A program made the position numbers and the translations under genes. Shown here one piece after another: positions 35,990 to 48,358 of a stretch of 64,000 nt of DNA; the stretch's first letter is position 1; each line of letters begins with the position of its first letter. Source of the stretch: Microgenomates group bacterium (GTDB lineage Bacteria; Patescibacteriota; Microgenomatia; PFEM01; JBNASD01); contig JBNASD010000001.1 in assembly GCA_049720225.1 (NCBI GenBank), forward strand, positions 396,815-460,814. The letters run 5' to 3'. The notes under the pieces were generated by a model that saw nothing but the letters and a program-made list of their open reading frames with translations, had not been told where the DNA came from and searched no databases.

Positions 35990-38125
35990 TTATCTAATAT
36001 TAATTCCCGTTCTTTGCTCGATTATTTTTTGGGCAATATTCTGAGGAACCTCTTCATAATGAGAAGGCTCCATATAAAAGGTTCCCCGACCTTGAGTCAT
36101 ACTCCTTAAAGTAGTTGCATAACCACGAACTTCCGCTAAAGGAATTAAAGCTTTAATAATTCTCACGTTCCCTCGTTGCTCGGTACTTAAGATTTGCCCT
36201 CTTTTTGCCGACAAATCACCAATTACTTCTCCCATAAATTCCTCGGGCACACTTACTTCCATTTTCATTATTGGCTCTAATAATACCGGTTGAGCTAACT
36301 TTGCTGCTTCTTTAAGAGCTTGTGATCCAGCAATTTTAAAAGCAATATCGGAAGAATCAACCTCATGATAAGTACCGTCATAAACTGCTACTGCCATATC
36401 TACCAAAGGATAACCCGCTAACACTCCTTTTTCCATTGCTTCCCTTACCCCTTTTTCTACCGCGGGAATAAATTCTGAAGGAATGGCACCTCCTTTAATT
36501 TCGTTAATAAATTTAAATCCTTCTCCTCGATTTAAAGGTTCAACCCGCAAAAAACAATGTCCATATTGACCTCGCCCCCCTGATTGACGAATATATTTTC
36601 CTTCTGCTTTTGCCACTTTCTTAATTGTTTCTTTATAAGCTACCTGAGGTTGACCGGTATTAGCTTCGACATTAAATTCTCTTTTCATTCGATCAACTAA
36701 AATTTCCAAATGGAGTTCGCCCATTCCCCAAATAATTGTTTGTCCGGTTTCCGGATCAACTTTAATCTTAAAAGTTGGGTCTTCTTCTGCTAATTTCTGT
36801 AATGCCAAAGAAAGCTTTTGTTCGTCCGCTTTAGTTTTTGGTTCAATTGCTAAAGAAATTACCGGTTCGGGAAAAGAAATTGATTCCAACAAAACCGGAT
36901 TGTTTTTTCGACATAAAGTATCCCCAGTTTTTACTTTTTGGAAACCAATCACTGCGGCAATTTCTCCGGCCACTACTAAATCAATTGGTTCTCGCTGATT
37001 GGCGTGCATTAATAAAAGACGACCAATTCGCTCCGAATTTCGTTGAGTAGAATCATAAATTTCATCACCACTACGAATAGTTCCAGAATAAACCCTAATA
37101 TAAGTTAATTTTCCTACGTGAGGATCTGTCTGAATTTTAAAAGCTAAAGCAAGCGGCTCTCCTTGAGGATTAGGAGTAAATTTTATTTTTTCGCCGGTTT
37201 CCGAATGGGTTGCTTCTACTGGCGGTAAATCTAAAGGAGAAGGAAGAAAATCAACAATTCCATCTAAAAGTGGTTGAACTCCTTTATTTCTTAAAGAAGA
37301 ACCACAATAAACAGGAACTAATTTGCCGGTAATCGTTGCTCTTCTAATTCCTGCCTTAAGGTCTTCTAAAGAAATTTCCTCGCCGGCTAAATATTTATCT
37401 TGAATTTCTTCATCATTTTCGGCAATTTTTTCGATAACCTTTTCGCGAATTTCCGCCAGCTGATTTTTTAATTCTTCGGGAACTTCTTCTTCTTTATATT
37501 TTTCCCCACTAGGATCAATACTTTCATCCCAACGAAGCGCTTTTTGTTCTAAAACCAACACTACTCCTTTGAAATCTTTTTCTTTTCCCCAAGGTAAAGT
37601 TAAAATCAAAGGAACCGCTCCTAGTCTTTTTTCAATTGTTTCTACAGTAAAGAAAAAGTCTGCTCCCAGTTTATCCATTTTATTAATAAAACAGATTCGA
37701 GGTACATTATATTTATCTGCTTGTCGCCAGACTGTCTCTGACTGTGACTGAACACCCTCTTCCGCATCAAAAATTACCACCCCGCCATCTAAAACACGCA
37801 AAGAGCGTTCTACCTCGGCGGTAAAATCAACATGACCAGGAGTATCAATAATATTAATCCGGTGCTCTCGCCAAAAAGTAGTCGTCGCTGCGGAAACAAT
37901 CGTAATTCCTCGCTCCTTTTCCTGAGGCATCCAATCCATTTGGGTGGTTCCTTCATCAATGTCACCAATTTTGTAAGTCTTTCCGGTGTAATACAAAATC
38001 CGCTCGGTGGTTGTTGTTTTTCCCGCGTCAATATGGGCAATTATTCCTATATTACGAACTTTTTCGATAGGAACAATTCTTTGATTAGAATTTTTATTAC
38101 TGGAATTACTCATTTTAGTTACCAA
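35990..38125 (-). CDS. fusA: Elongation factor G
   Basis: ...[26 protein letters not shown]... Confidence 0.95.
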   Translation of the reverse strand: MVTKMSNSSNKNSNQRIVPIEKVRNIGIIAHIDAGKTTTTERILYYTGKTYKIGDIDEGTTQMDWMPQEKERGITIVSAATTTFWREHRINIIDTPGHVDFTAEVERSLRVLDGGVVIFDAEEGVQSQSETVWRQADKYNVPRICFINKMDKLGADFFFTVETIEKRLGAVPLILTLPWGKEKDFKGVVLVLEQKALRWDESIDPSGEKYKEEEVPEELKNQLAEIREKVIEKIAENDEEIQDKYLAGEEISLEDLKAGIRRATITGKLVPVYCGSSLRNKGVQPLLDGIVDFLPSPLDLPPVEATHSETGEKIKFTPNPQGEPLALAFKIQTDPHVGKLTYIRVYSGTIRSGDEIYDSTQRNSERIGRLLLMHANQREPIDLVVAGEIAAVIGFQKVKTGDTLCRKNNPVLLESISFPEPVISLAIEPKTKADEQKLSLALQKLAEEDPTFKIKVDPETGQTIIWGMGELHLEILVDRMKREFNVEANTGQPQVAYKETIKKVAKAEGKYIRQSGGRGQYGHCFLRVEPLNRGEGFKFINEIKGGAIPSEFIPAVEKGVREAMEKGVLAGYPLVDMAVAVYDGTYHEVDSSDIAFKIAGSQALKEAAKLAQPVLLEPIMKMEVSVPEEFMGEVIGDLSAKRGQILSTEQRGNVRIIKALIPLAEVRGYATTLRSMTQGRGTFYMEPSHYEEVPQNIAQKIIEQRTGINIR

Positions 38126-38598
38126 CGAAAGTGAGCAAAAGCTTTATTAGCTTCTGCCATTCGGTGAACTTCTTCTTTCTTTTTAACTGCGCCTCCTTGA
38201 TTTTGGAAGGCGTCCATAATTTCCGCGGCCAATTTTTCGTAAAAATGATGATATTCTTTATTTGGTCGTTGTCGGGCATATAAAACTAACCAGCGAATTG
38301 CCAAAGATTCTCTTCTTGAACCCCTCACTGGCATTGGTACTTGATAAGCTGCTCCTCCTACTCGCCGTGGCCGAACTTCCATTGTTGGTTTAATATTTTC
38401 TAATGCCTGGGTAAAAATCTCTAAAGGATTTTTTCCGGTTTTTTCTTTTATAATTTCAAAAGCTTTATAAACATGCTTTTGGGCAATCGTTTTTTTTCCA
38501 TCCTTCATTACCCGATTAATTAAACGAGTTACTAACCGACTGTTATAAATCGGATCAGGGGGTAAAACTCTCTTTTTTACTGGTCCACTTCTTGGCAT
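38119..38598 (-). CDS. rpsG: 30S ribosomal protein S7
   Basis: [31 protein letters not shown]... Confidence 0.9.
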   Translation of the reverse strand: MPRSGPVKKRVLPPDPIYNSRLVTRLINRVMKDGKKTIAQKHVYKAFEIIKEKTGKNPLEIFTQALENIKPTMEVRPRRVGGAAYQVPMPVRGSRRESLAIRWLVLYARQRPNKEYHHFYEKLAAEIMDAFQNQGGAVKKKEEVHRMAEANKAFAHFRW

Positions 38599-38601
38599 TT
38601 T

Positions 38602-39057
38602 TTAAGCGGTAGCAGTTGCTCCTTCAGAACTAGCTTTAACTTCTTTGGTTGTCTCTTTTTTAACACCATATTTTGAACGCGCTTTCTTTCTTCCCACCAC
38701 TCCACTCATATCATATTTTCCCCTAATAATATGATATTTCACTCCCGGTAAATCTTTTACTCTCCCTCCTCTAACTAAAACAATCGCGTGTTCCGCTAAA
38801 TCATGGCCTTCCCCGGGAATATAAGCAGTGATTTCTTGCTTATTAGAAAGTCTTACTCTGGCTACTTTTCTTAAAGCAGAATTTGGCTTTTTCGGAGTCA
38901 TTGTTTTAACCGCCAAAACCACTCCCCGTTTTTGGGGGCTAAAAGCGGTAAAAACTTTTCTTTTAAGGGCGTTAAAACTTTTTCTTAAAGCGGTTGCTTT
39001 AACTTTTTTGATAATTTTTTTCCGCCCTTTTCTCACTAATTGATTAATCGTTGGCAT
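38602..39057 (-). CDS. rpsL: 30S ribosomal protein S12 (start at MPTINQL; ~20-aa C-terminal extension)
   Basis: [14 protein letters not shown]...[11 protein letters not shown]...; non-canonical extra C-terminal tail [19 protein letters not shown]. Confidence 0.9.
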   Translation of the reverse strand: MPTINQLVRKGRKKIIKKVKATALRKSFNALKRKVFTAFSPQKRGVVLAVKTMTPKKPNSALRKVARVRLSNKQEITAYIPGEGHDLAEHAIVLVRGGRVKDLPGVKYHIIRGKYDMSGVVGRKKARSKYGVKKETTKEVKASSEGATATA

Positions 39058-39083
39058 AAGAAAGAATTTTATCAAATTAATAA

Positions 39084-42000
39084 TTAATCTTCAATCCTTG
39101 CCCTTTCAGGAGTGACAGGAATTAATCGACCAATAATAACATTCTCTTTTAATCCCAACAGTTTATCTTCTTTATTTTCCAAGGAAACATCAGCCAAAAC
39201 ATTGGTAGTTTCTTCAAATGAAGCTGCAGAAAGCCAAGAATCAGTATAAAGAGAAGTCCGTTTTAATCCTAAAATGACTGGCTTAGCAGTTGCCGGTTTC
39301 TTTCCTTCCTTAATTACCCGTTGGTTTTCTTCTTCGAAAGCATTTTTACTTACTAGATCACGAGGCAAGAACATCGTATCTCCTTCGTCAATTATCCTTA
39401 ATTTATCTGACATTTTTCTTACGATTACTTCAAAATGCTTATCATTTATAGGAATTCCCTGAGATTCATAAACCGCTTGAATTTCGTTAATTAAATATTC
39501 TTGAGCTGGCCTCATTCCTTTAATTTCAACAATATCTTTAATATTTAAAGGACCGCTGGCTAACGGCGTTCCTACTCCTACTAACTGGCCATCTTCTACT
39601 AATAAAGTGTTTAAAGAAGAAACAAAATAACTTCTTACCTGTCCTTCATTATTTTTAATTTTTATTTCGTAACCTCCCTCAACTTCTTTTACACTCACCC
39701 TTCCACTAATTTCCGCCATTGGTACTACCGCCTTTGGAGTTCTTACTTCAAATAGTTCTTCAACCCGAGGAAGACCTTGTGTTACGTCTAAACCAACAAT
39801 TCCTCCAGTTTGCTTTGTTCTTAAAGTAAGTTGAGTGCCTGGCTCTCCAATTGATTGGGCAGCAATTACTCCCACTGGTGTTCCGATTTCCACTAATTTT
39901 TTACTCGAAAGATCCCAACCATAACACAACTGACAAACTCCATATTTAGTTTGACAAGTTAAAGGAGAACGAATTTTTACTTCTTTTATTTGATGCTTTT
40001 CTAATAATTCTAAACTATGACGAGTAATTAATTCTCCTTTTTTAAGAATTACTTTATCTTTTTCAATCTTAATATCTTCGGCCAATACTCTTCCTAAAAT
40101 TCTTTCAAAAAACTTATCTCCACGAACTCCTTCTTTAGAAATAATAATTCCTTCCTGTGTACCACAATCTTCCTCACGAACAATGACATCATGAGCAGCA
40201 TCAACTAAACGCCGAGTTAAATATCCAGCATCAGAAGTTTTCAAAGCGGTATCAGTTAATCCCTTTCTTGCTCCCCGCGCACTAGTAATGTATTCAAAAA
40301 CCGATAATCCCTCCTTGAAATTAGATTTAATAGGCATTTCTACGATTTTTCCTAAAGGATCGACAATTAATCCCTGCATTGCGGAAAGCTGTTTTATTTG
40401 ATCTTTGGAAACTCTCCTTAATCCTGCCTCTACCATTAATTTAATACTATTTCCTTCTTTAAACTCACCCCATGTTTTTTCCGCTAAAACTTCCGTGGTC
40501 TCTAACCAAATTTTCTGTAATAATCTTTTCTTTTCTTGGAGGGTAATTAATCCTTGTTTATAATTTTCTTCTATCTCCGTTGCTTTTTCGTTTGCCTCAT
40601 CAATTATTTTTTCCTTTCCTGGATAAACCACACAATCCCAAATTCCTACAGATAAACCAGAAATAGTTGCTCCCCAAAAACCTAGTTGTTTAAGGTCATC
40701 AATTAACTGAACAATTCTTTCGTTATCGCAAATTTCTAAAGCTTGGGTAACCAAAGCTTTAATCCTTTTTTCTTGAATTCCTTCATTAATAAAGGGCATT
40801 CCCTCGGGTAAAACCCGATTAAAGAGAATTCTTCCTACTGTTGTTTCTATTATCTTTCTCTCTTTTGGTTCTCTTACTTTTATTAATTGCCGCAATTCTA
40901 TTTTTCCTACTTGATAAGCTAAAATCGCCTCGTCAAAATCAACAAAAATAGTTTTACAAGGAGAGAGTTTAGGATCAATCGAGGTAATAAAGTAACAACC
41001 TAAAGCCATCTCTTTTCCCGGGACAGTAATAGGAGAACCATCGGCAGGACGCAAAAGATTGCTTTTTGGCGTCATTAATTCTTCTGCCTCTTTAATTGCT
41101 TCTTTACTCAAAGGAACATGAACCGCCATTTGATCGCCATCAAAATCCGCATTATAACCGGCACACACACAGGGGTGAATTTGGATTGCCCGACCATCAA
41201 TTAATACCGGATAAAAAGCTTGAATTCCTAATTTATGTAAAGTAGGTGCCCGGTTAAGCAAAACTGGATGATTTTTAGTAATTCTTTCTAAAATATCATA
41301 AACTTCAGGGGGCCGATGTTCTAAAATATATTTGGCATTTTTAACATTTTGGGCTAAACCAGCTAAAATTAACTCTCTTAAAATAAACGGCTTGAACAAC
41401 TCTAACGCCATTTCCTTTGGTAAACCACATTGAGTAAGTTTTAATTCTGGCCCAACAACAATTACTGATCGCCCAGAATAATCAACTCTTTTTCCTAAAA
41501 GATTTTGCCGGAATCTTCCTTGTTTTCCCCGAAGCATATCTGATAAAGAACGGAGTGGTTGCCTACCTCTCATTACTCGTCGCGTCCCTTTTTTAGCGCT
41601 ATCAATAAGAAAATCAACCGCTTCTTGAAGCATTCTTTTTTCGTTTCGAATAATAATTTCTGGTGCTCCTAAACTAATTAAATGTTTCAAACGATTATTC
41701 CGATTAATTACCCGGCGATATAAGTCATTTAAATCTGAAGAGGCAAATTTTCCTCCAGAAAGCTGAACCATTGGTCTTAAATCAGGAGGAATTACCGGCA
41801 ATACTCTTAAAATCATCCAAGAAGGATCAACTCCTGCCCGACGCAAACTTTCAATTAATTTTAATCGTTTAGCAATTTTAAGATATTTTTCTCCTTTAAC
41901 ATGCCTTAATTTTTCTTTTAATTCTCCCGCTAATTTTTCTAAATCGAGTTTTTCTAAAACTTCTAAAATTACTTCTGCTCCCATTCCCGCTTTGAAAAAG

Positions 42001-42770
42001 CCGTTTAATTCATATTCTTCTAAACGAACATACTCTTCCTCACTGACTAAACTAAATTTTTTAATTCTTCTGATTAAGTCAGTCAATAATTGATGATCCT
42101 CTTCTAATTTCTGAAGTTCTAAAAGATTATTATCTTTGAGAGTTTGAATTTTTTGTTTAAATTTAAGTTTTATTTCTTCTAAAGCAAGGTTTCTTTGATC
42201 TTTATTCTTAATTTTTCTTTCAGTTTCTTTTTTTTCTTTTTCTTCCTCAAGTTTAAGCTTTTCTATTTCTTTGTTTAATTTTTCTTTTAATTCTTTTTTA
42301 TTTTTAGCCAAAATCTCTCCTACTTTTTTCAAAGCTTCTTTTTGTTTTTCTTCATCAACTTCCGTCACTAAATATTGAGCAAAGTAAATGACTGATTCTA
42401 AACTTCGTGGGGGAATATCTAAAAGAACCGAAAGTTTTGGGGGACTACCTTTAAAATACCAAATGTGCGCTACCGGAGCAGCCAAAGTAATATGCCCCAT
42501 TCTTTCTCTTCTTACTCGTGATAAAGTTACTTCCACTCCACACTTATCACAAACCACTCCTTTATACCTAATTCTTTTATACTTTCCACAATAACATTCC
42601 CAATCTTTAGTTGGTCCAAAAATCCTTTCACAAAATAAACCATCCTTTTCCGGCTTAAAGGTTCGGTAATTAATGGTTTCTGGTTTTAATACCTCACCAT
42701 GAGACCACTGTTTAATTGTCTCCGGTGAGGCTAATTTAATTCTTAAAGATTTAAAATCAATTAGTTTCAT
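39084..42770 (-). CDS. rpoC: DNA-directed RNA polymerase subunit beta'
   Basis: Zn-finger [21 protein letters not shown] and the active site [12 protein letters not shown]. Confidence 0.95.
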   Translation of the reverse strand: MKLIDFKSLRIKLASPETIKQWSHGEVLKPETINYRTFKPEKDGLFCERIFGPTKDWECYCGKYKRIRYKGVVCDKCGVEVTLSRVRRERMGHITLAAPVAHIWYFKGSPPKLSVLLDIPPRSLESVIYFAQYLVTEVDEEKQKEALKKVGEILAKNKKELKEKLNKEIEKLKLEEEKEKKETERKIKNKDQRNLALEEIKLKFKQKIQTLKDNNLLELQKLEEDHQLLTDLIRRIKKFSLVSEEEYVRLEEYELNGFFKAGMGAEVILEVLEKLDLEKLAGELKEKLRHVKGEKYLKIAKRLKLIESLRRAGVDPSWMILRVLPVIPPDLRPMVQLSGGKFASSDLNDLYRRVINRNNRLKHLISLGAPEIIIRNEKRMLQEAVDFLIDSAKKGTRRVMRGRQPLRSLSDMLRGKQGRFRQNLLGKRVDYSGRSVIVVGPELKLTQCGLPKEMALELFKPFILRELILAGLAQNVKNAKYILEHRPPEVYDILERITKNHPVLLNRAPTLHKLGIQAFYPVLIDGRAIQIHPCVCAGYNADFDGDQMAVHVPLSKEAIKEAEELMTPKSNLLRPADGSPITVPGKEMALGCYFITSIDPKLSPCKTIFVDFDEAILAYQVGKIELRQLIKVREPKERKIIETTVGRILFNRVLPEGMPFINEGIQEKRIKALVTQALEICDNERIVQLIDDLKQLGFWGATISGLSVGIWDCVVYPGKEKIIDEANEKATEIEENYKQGLITLQEKKRLLQKIWLETTEVLAEKTWGEFKEGNSIKLMVEAGLRRVSKDQIKQLSAMQGLIVDPLGKIVEMPIKSNFKEGLSVFEYITSARGARKGLTDTALKTSDAGYLTRRLVDAAHDVIVREEDCGTQEGIIISKEGVRGDKFFERILGRVLAEDIKIEKDKVILKKGELITRHSLELLEKHQIKEVKIRSPLTCQTKYGVCQLCYGWDLSSKKLVEIGTPVGVIAAQSIGEPGTQLTLRTKQTGGIVGLDVTQGLPRVEELFEVRTPKAVVPMAEISGRVSVKEVEGGYEIKIKNNEGQVRSYFVSSLNTLLVEDGQLVGVGTPLASGPLNIKDIVEIKGMRPAQEYLINEIQAVYESQGIPINDKHFEVIVRKMSDKLRIIDEGDTMFLPRDLVSKNAFEEENQRVIKEGKKPATAKPVILGLKRTSLYTDSWLSAASFEETTNVLADVSLENKEDKLLGLKENVIIGRLIPVTPERARIED

Positions 42771-45700
42771 TTTCTTTTTCCTCCTTTACTCCTTCAGGAA
42801 TAATATCCAATCCTAAACTATTTAATTCTTTAACTAATACTTTAAAAGATTCAGGAACATTGGCTTGGGGAATATCAATTCCCTTAACAATTGCCTCAAA
42901 CGCTTTTGCTCGCCCAACTACGTCATCAGATTTAATCGTTAACATTTCCTGTAGGGTATGCGCCGCTCGATGAGCTTCTAAAGTCCAAACTTCCATTTCT
43001 CCTAAACGTTGCCCTCCCATTTGGGCTTTTCCTCCTAATGGTTGTTGGGTTACAAGAGAGTAAGGACCAGTAGATCGCGCATGAATTTTATCCTCTACCA
43101 TATGGACTAATTTCAAGATATAAGCAACTCCGACAACTGTTTTTTCTTTCCGTGGCTCGCCGGTTCGTCCATCATAAAGTGTTACCTTTCCGTCTACTGG
43201 TAAACCTGCTTTTTTCATTTCTTCGGCAATTTGATCTTCAGAAATTTTTTCAAAGACAGGGACCGCTACCTTATAACCTAATTTTTGGGCTGCCCAACCT
43301 AAATGAGCTTCAAAAAGCTGACCAAGATTCATTCTGGCAATTACTGAAAGAGGAGAAATAATAATATCTACCGGCGTTCCGTCTTCCAAATGAGGCATAT
43401 CTACCTCAGGAATTACTCGAGAAATCACTCCTTTGTTTCCATGGCGGCCAGCTAATTTATCACCAATGGTAATTTTTCTTAATTGAGCCACCTTAACAAT
43501 TACTTTTTTAATTACTCCTACATCTAATTCATCGCCTTTCTCCCGATCTAAAATCTGAACATCAATCACTGTTCCCCATTCTCCATGAGGCATTCTTAAG
43601 GAAGTGTCTTTAACTTCTTTTGCTTTTTCCGCAAAAATTGCCCGTAAAAGTCGTTCTTCAGCAGTTAATTCTGTTTCCCCTTTAGGAGCAATTTTTCCTA
43701 CTAAAATATCATTAGGACCAACTTCCGATCCAATCACCACAACTCCATCTTCTCCTAAATGAGCTAAATCCGCCTCAGCAACATTAGGAATATCGCGAGT
43801 TAATTCTTCTGGTCCTAATTTTGTCTCCATTACTAAACATTCATATTCTTCAATGTTAATTGAGGTAAGGATATCCTCTTTAACCAACCGATCAGAAATA
43901 ACAATCGCATCTTCATACTCTAAACCATCCAAAGAGCAATAAGCAATTAAAAGATTTCTTCCTAAAGCTAGTTCTCCTTGATCAACCGCTGGCCCATCCG
44001 CTAAAAGGTCTCCTTTTTTTACTTTTTGTCCTGGAAAGACTACTGGTCGTTGAGAATAACAAGTGCTATTGGGATTGGTGCGTTTAAATTTTGTTAATTC
44101 AAAAGTTCCGCTTTTTTCTAAAACTATCTTTCGCGCATCAACATAAACCACCTTGTCGTCTTGAGGAGCCCTAATTACTCTTCCCATAATATCCGCTACC
44201 ACTTTTTCCATTCCCGTCCCCACGATTGGCGCTTCTGGTTTCACTAAAGGAACTGCTTGACATTGCATGTGGCTGCCCATTAACGCCCGGTTGGGCATAT
44301 CATTATGCAAAAAGGGAATTAAAGAAGCAGATGTTCCTACTATTTGCTGAGGAGTAATATCAATATATTCAACATTTTCTACGGGAGCTTCTAGAAATTC
44401 CCCTTGATATCTTACTGGAACCCAGGAATCAGTAATAAAACCATCTTTATCAATATTAATTCCCTGATGGGTAATATAATGTTCTTGTTCGTCATCAGCG
44501 GTTAAATAAACAATTTCATCAGTCACTTTCATTTTTGTTTTTCCTCTAACCTTTACTTTCTCTACTTTAAAATAAGGAGTTTCTAAAAACCCATATTCAT
44601 TTATTCGAGTATATAAAGCTAAATAAGTCACCAACCCAATATTAGGACCTTCAGGTGAACGCACCGGACAAATTCTTCCATATTGAGAAGCATTAATATC
44701 CCTAATCGAAAAGGAAGCTCTTTCCCGCGTAACCCCACCGGTTCCCATTACCGATACTCTTCTAAGATTGTCTAGTTCTGATAGGGGATTGGTACCATCT
44801 AAAATTGTTGATAATCGATTGCTCCGGAAAAATTCATTTAAAGCAGCAATTAAAGGACGAGCATTAATTACTTGTACGGGAGAAATATTTTCTTCTGGAG
44901 AAAAAAGACTCATTTTTTCTTTGACTGCCCTTTCTAAACGAGCTAATCCTACCCTAAAACCATTCTCTATTATTAATTCCCCTACCTGACGAAGACGACG
45001 ATTACTCAAATTATCAATATCATCAACTCTTCCTTTGCCATTTTCTAATTGAATTAAGTACTTTACCGTTTCAATAATATCTTTTAATGTTAAAACCCAA
45101 TTTTCTGGAACGTTAGGAAGATTCATTCCCAATCGTTTATTAATTTTAAAACGCCCTACTTTTCCTAAGAAATAACGTCGAGGATTAAAAAACATATTTT
45201 CTAAAAAGTTTTTAGCAGTTTCTAAAACCACTGGCTCGCCTGGTCTTAATTTTTGATAAATTTCAATTAGCGCCTCCATTTGAGATTTAGTAGAATCTTT
45301 TTGAATAGTAGCCGTTAAAAATGGTTCACTTTCTTTTGATATATCAGAAAAAGCAGCAAAAATTTCTTCATCAGAAGATAACCCTAAAGCTCTTAGTAAT
45401 ACTGTTACGGGAAATTTTCTTCGGCGATCAATTCTTACCACAATATTATTATTTTTTTCTATCGTAAATTCTAACCATGAACCATGTTTTGGTCTTATTT
45501 CTGCAGTATAAACCATCTTCCCCCAAGTAGGATCAACCTCTCCTACAAAATAAACTCCTGGTGATCTTACTAACTGATTAACTACTCCTCTCTCAATTCC
45601 GTTAATAATAAAAGTACCGTTCTCTGTCATCTTGGGAATATCTCCTAAAAATACCAGCTTTTTATTCTGCCTTCCTGTCTTTTTGCTTACCAAAGTCACC

Positions 45701-45966
45701 TCTACTTTCAAAGGCATATCGTAGGTTAGTCCTTTATTTAAGGCTTGAAAGGGAGTAATTTTTGGCTCGCCAAAGAAATAATCTCCAAAATGAAGCTCCC
45801 AGTTTTTCCCTGTAAAATCAACAATAGGAGAAATCTCCGTAAAACATTCCTTAATCCCTTCTTCTAAAAACCACTTATAAGAATCTTTTTGAACAGCTAA
45901 TAAATCTAATGGAGGTAAATTTTTATATTCTTTTCCCCAGTTAATTCTTGGTTTTTTGGCAGTCAT
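42757..45966 (-). CDS. rpoB: DNA-directed RNA polymerase subunit beta (compact, 1069 aa)
   Basis: Conserved beta-subunit blocks, e.g. ...GDKLAGRHGNKGVISRV..., placed upstream of rpoC. Confidence 0.95.
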   Translation of the reverse strand: MTAKKPRINWGKEYKNLPPLDLLAVQKDSYKWFLEEGIKECFTEISPIVDFTGKNWELHFGDYFFGEPKITPFQALNKGLTYDMPLKVEVTLVSKKTGRQNKKLVFLGDIPKMTENGTFIINGIERGVVNQLVRSPGVYFVGEVDPTWGKMVYTAEIRPKHGSWLEFTIEKNNNIVVRIDRRRKFPVTVLLRALGLSSDEEIFAAFSDISKESEPFLTATIQKDSTKSQMEALIEIYQKLRPGEPVVLETAKNFLENMFFNPRRYFLGKVGRFKINKRLGMNLPNVPENWVLTLKDIIETVKYLIQLENGKGRVDDIDNLSNRRLRQVGELIIENGFRVGLARLERAVKEKMSLFSPEENISPVQVINARPLIAALNEFFRSNRLSTILDGTNPLSELDNLRRVSVMGTGGVTRERASFSIRDINASQYGRICPVRSPEGPNIGLVTYLALYTRINEYGFLETPYFKVEKVKVRGKTKMKVTDEIVYLTADDEQEHYITHQGINIDKDGFITDSWVPVRYQGEFLEAPVENVEYIDITPQQIVGTSASLIPFLHNDMPNRALMGSHMQCQAVPLVKPEAPIVGTGMEKVVADIMGRVIRAPQDDKVVYVDARKIVLEKSGTFELTKFKRTNPNSTCYSQRPVVFPGQKVKKGDLLADGPAVDQGELALGRNLLIAYCSLDGLEYEDAIVISDRLVKEDILTSINIEEYECLVMETKLGPEELTRDIPNVAEADLAHLGEDGVVVIGSEVGPNDILVGKIAPKGETELTAEERLLRAIFAEKAKEVKDTSLRMPHGEWGTVIDVQILDREKGDELDVGVIKKVIVKVAQLRKITIGDKLAGRHGNKGVISRVIPEVDMPHLEDGTPVDIIISPLSVIARMNLGQLFEAHLGWAAQKLGYKVAVPVFEKISEDQIAEEMKKAGLPVDGKVTLYDGRTGEPRKEKTVVGVAYILKLVHMVEDKIHARSTGPYSLVTQQPLGGKAQMGGQRLGEMEVWTLEAHRAAHTLQEMLTIKSDDVVGRAKAFEAIVKGIDIPQANVPESFKVLVKELNSLGLDIIPEGVKEEKENETN

Positions 45967-46094
45967 TATTTTTATATTTATATCTACTTAAATTTTAATT
46001 AAATGAATTCACCAAAAAATACCCAAAATAAAAATATTCCCAGAATAGGGAATTATCTTAAGCTAAGCTAAAAAGGGATAATAGCATATTATAA

Positions 46095-47072
46095 CTAGTC
46101 TGTCAAGTCCAAAAATTTATTAATATTTTCCTGATGCTCTTCCAAAGTTCTAGCAAAATGAAGCTTCCCTTTCTTATCAGAAAGATAATACCAAAATTCG
46201 GAATCTTTAGCATAAATTACCGCCTTAATTGAAGCTAATCCAGGATTGCAAATTGGGGTAGGAGGTAAATTTTTATATTTATAAGTATTATAAGGAGAAT
46301 CAATTTTTAAGTCTTCTTTTTTAATCACCGGCCACCAGTTATAAGAATCAAATAATTCTGGAGAAAAATAAAGATTGACTTTAGCATATTGAATAGTGGC
46401 ATCTGTCTGTAAAGGCCAATTGTTTTTTAATCTCTTAATTAAAATTCCGGCAGCGATTTCTCTGTCTTCAGGATATTTTACTTCTCTTTCAATAATTGAA
46501 GCTAAAATTAATTTTTCATAAGAAGTAAGACTTTCCTTTTCTTCATCTAAAAAGGGTTGGGCTTTTTTGTCAAAATTTTCTTTTAAAATTTTAACAATCT
46601 TTTCCTCATCGATATTTTTAGGAAAAAGATAAGTATCAGGAAATAAATAACCCTCTAATTTATTAGTTAAATCAAGAAACTTCTTTTCCTCAAAATTCTC
46701 TAAATTTGCCTTAAGTCGACGGGCAAATTCTTCTTTTCGCCAACCTTCAGGAAAAGTAATCCAAATATCATTTGTTCCCCTAGTTAAAGTTAATGCTATT
46801 TCTTCCGGCGATAAAGAGGAAGAAAGAGTAAAACTTCCTGCTTGAATTTTTCCTTTTAATCCTTTTAAAAATACTAATAATTGAAAAACAAAGCGATCAT
46901 TAATTAACCCTTCTTCTTCTAATCTTTTGGCAATTGAAGTAACATCTTCTCCTTTTTTGACCACAAACGTCTTTTTAACTTCCTGCTTTCCTAAAGAAGA
47001 AGTAACCGGTTTAATTCCTTTTTGCCACCAAAAAAAGCCACCTACGGTGACTCCTAAAAAAAATAACCACAC
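46095..47072 (-). CDS. mltG: Endolytic murein transglycosylase MltG (YceG-like), GTG start
   Basis: N-terminal TM anchor and the YceG fold blocks ...GYLFPDTYLFPKN...NTYKYKNLPPTPICNPG. Confidence 0.75.
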   Translation of the reverse strand: MWLFFLGVTVGGFFWWQKGIKPVTSSLGKQEVKKTFVVKKGEDVTSIAKRLEEEGLINDRFVFQLLVFLKGLKGKIQAGSFTLSSSLSPEEIALTLTRGTNDIWITFPEGWRKEEFARRLKANLENFEEKKFLDLTNKLEGYLFPDTYLFPKNIDEEKIVKILKENFDKKAQPFLDEEKESLTSYEKLILASIIEREVKYPEDREIAAGILIKRLKNNWPLQTDATIQYAKVNLYFSPELFDSYNWWPVIKKEDLKIDSPYNTYKYKNLPPTPICNPGLASIKAVIYAKDSEFWYYLSDKKGKLHFARTLEEHQENINKFLDLTD

Positions 47073-47098
47073 TAAAAATCTTCTTCTAATTCTAATAA

Positions 47099-47299
47099 TT
47101 ATACCTCCTCAAATAATGCCCGCCGATATTTTTTAGTTTTAGGGTCATAAATAAAAATCCGGCCGCATTGGCAAGTTACTTTCTCGGTTCCATCCTTCCT
47201 TTTTTCTCTTTTTCCTTTGGCTAAAAATCTTCCGCAACCTACGCATTGCCCCCGAGAAAGTAACCAGGCCTGAACCGGCGCAATGATATTTTTAAACAC
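47099..47299 (-). CDS. Small Cys-rich (zinc-ribbon-like) hypothetical protein
   Basis: 66 aa with CVGCG...CQCG. Its stop overlaps the ruvX start region. Confidence 0.35.
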   Translation of the reverse strand: MFKNIIAPVQAWLLSRGQCVGCGRFLAKGKREKRKDGTEKVTCQCGRIFIYDPKTKKYRRALFEEV

Positions 47300-47678
47300 C
47301 CTGCCTCCTTTCTTCTAAAAATTTTTCTAATATTAAAGCTGCTGCAAAAGCATCTTCTTTTTTTCTTCTTTTTTTCCTTCTTATCCCTGCTGCTATCATT
47401 TTAGCAATCGCCTCTTTACTCGTCAAGGTTTCATCAACATAAAAAATAGGTAGTTTAGTTTTCTTGGCAATTTTTCTCGCAAATTCTAAAACGTCTTTCT
47501 TTAATTTTTCCGAGGGAATTCCAATTACAATCTCTTTTATCTCTTCTTCTTGACAAATTTTTAAAATTTCTGAAAACAATTCTTTTTCCGATACTACCTT
47601 GTAGGGATAAATTACTTCTCCACTTCCAATGGCTAGCCCTATTTTTTTTAAACCAAAATCAATTCCCAAGATGTTCAT
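47292..47678 (-). CDS. ruvX: Holliday-junction resolvase-like RuvX/YqgF
   Basis: MNILGIDFGLKKIGLAIGSG... is the RNase H-like N-terminal motif. Confidence 0.8.
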   Translation of the reverse strand: MNILGIDFGLKKIGLAIGSGEVIYPYKVVSEKELFSEILKICQEEEIKEIVIGIPSEKLKKDVLEFARKIAKKTKLPIFYVDETLTSKEAIAKMIAAGIRRKKRRKKEDAFAAALILEKFLEERRQGV

Positions 47679-48357
47679 AAAGTTGGGCGGGAACCAATTT
47701 TGCTTTAACTACTAACCTTCTTAAATAAGTTCCTGGAGGAACGCAAGTAATAAGACTTAAATACTCTCCGTCATAAGTTTGTTCTAAAACAGAAACGTCT
47801 TCGGGAGAAACTTCGACTAATTCAAAAACTTCATAAAAATAACGAATTCCGTCGAAGTCTAAAATAATTACATCACCTTTTTTTAAAGTTGGCAAAGTAG
47901 AAAAGATGGTTTTGTAATTTTTAGGATTAAAAAATTGCGGCAACACTGAATGACCAAAAATTACTACATTTCCGTATTCTCCCGGCAACGCAGTTCCCGG
48001 ATATTGGATTAAACTTTGAGAAAGATCTTCTCCACCAATTTTTACCACCGCATTCTTAATTCCCAATTTGGGAATTGATAAGTTATAATCGGTAATTTTA
48101 CTTGGGCGGGGAGTTAGGGCCGGAGAAGTAATAAACCAAGAGTGAGGATCATTAAAATTAGGAGAAAAAGAACTTTCCACCGGCGAAATAAAAGCTACTT
48201 TTTTTTCGCGATGAGTTGTTAATTGATACCACAAAATAGGAAAAATCGCATTGATAATCAAAAATAATCCTCCTAGCAAAAAAATCCATGGTAAAAAATT
48301 AAGAAATTTTTTTCTTTCTTTTTCTTTGGGAGTATTTTTAACATAACAATAAAGCAT
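47659..48357 (-). CDS. Sortase-family transpeptidase (N-terminal membrane anchor)
   Basis: IPKLGIKNAVV, active-site His in VVIFGHSV, Cys in LSLITCVPP, downstream Arg (RRLVVKA). Confidence 0.7.
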   Translation of the reverse strand: MLYCYVKNTPKEKERKKFLNFLPWIFLLGGLFLIINAIFPILWYQLTTHREKKVAFISPVESSFSPNFNDPHSWFITSPALTPRPSKITDYNLSIPKLGIKNAVVKIGGEDLSQSLIQYPGTALPGEYGNVVIFGHSVLPQFFNPKNYKTIFSTLPTLKKGDVIILDFDGIRYFYEVFELVEVSPEDVSVLEQTYDGEYLSLITCVPPGTYLRRLVVKAKLVPAQLYEHLGN

Positions 48358-48358
48358 C

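Noticed and set aside
45967-46094. Missing rplK-rplA-rplJ-rplL upstream of rpoB, read as a possible deletion or rearrangement scar.
   Set aside because: The spacer contains a plausible TTGACA-17-TATTAT promoter overlapping the mltG 3' end and nothing else. These genes are often located elsewhere in reduced genomes, so there is no evidence of a scar.
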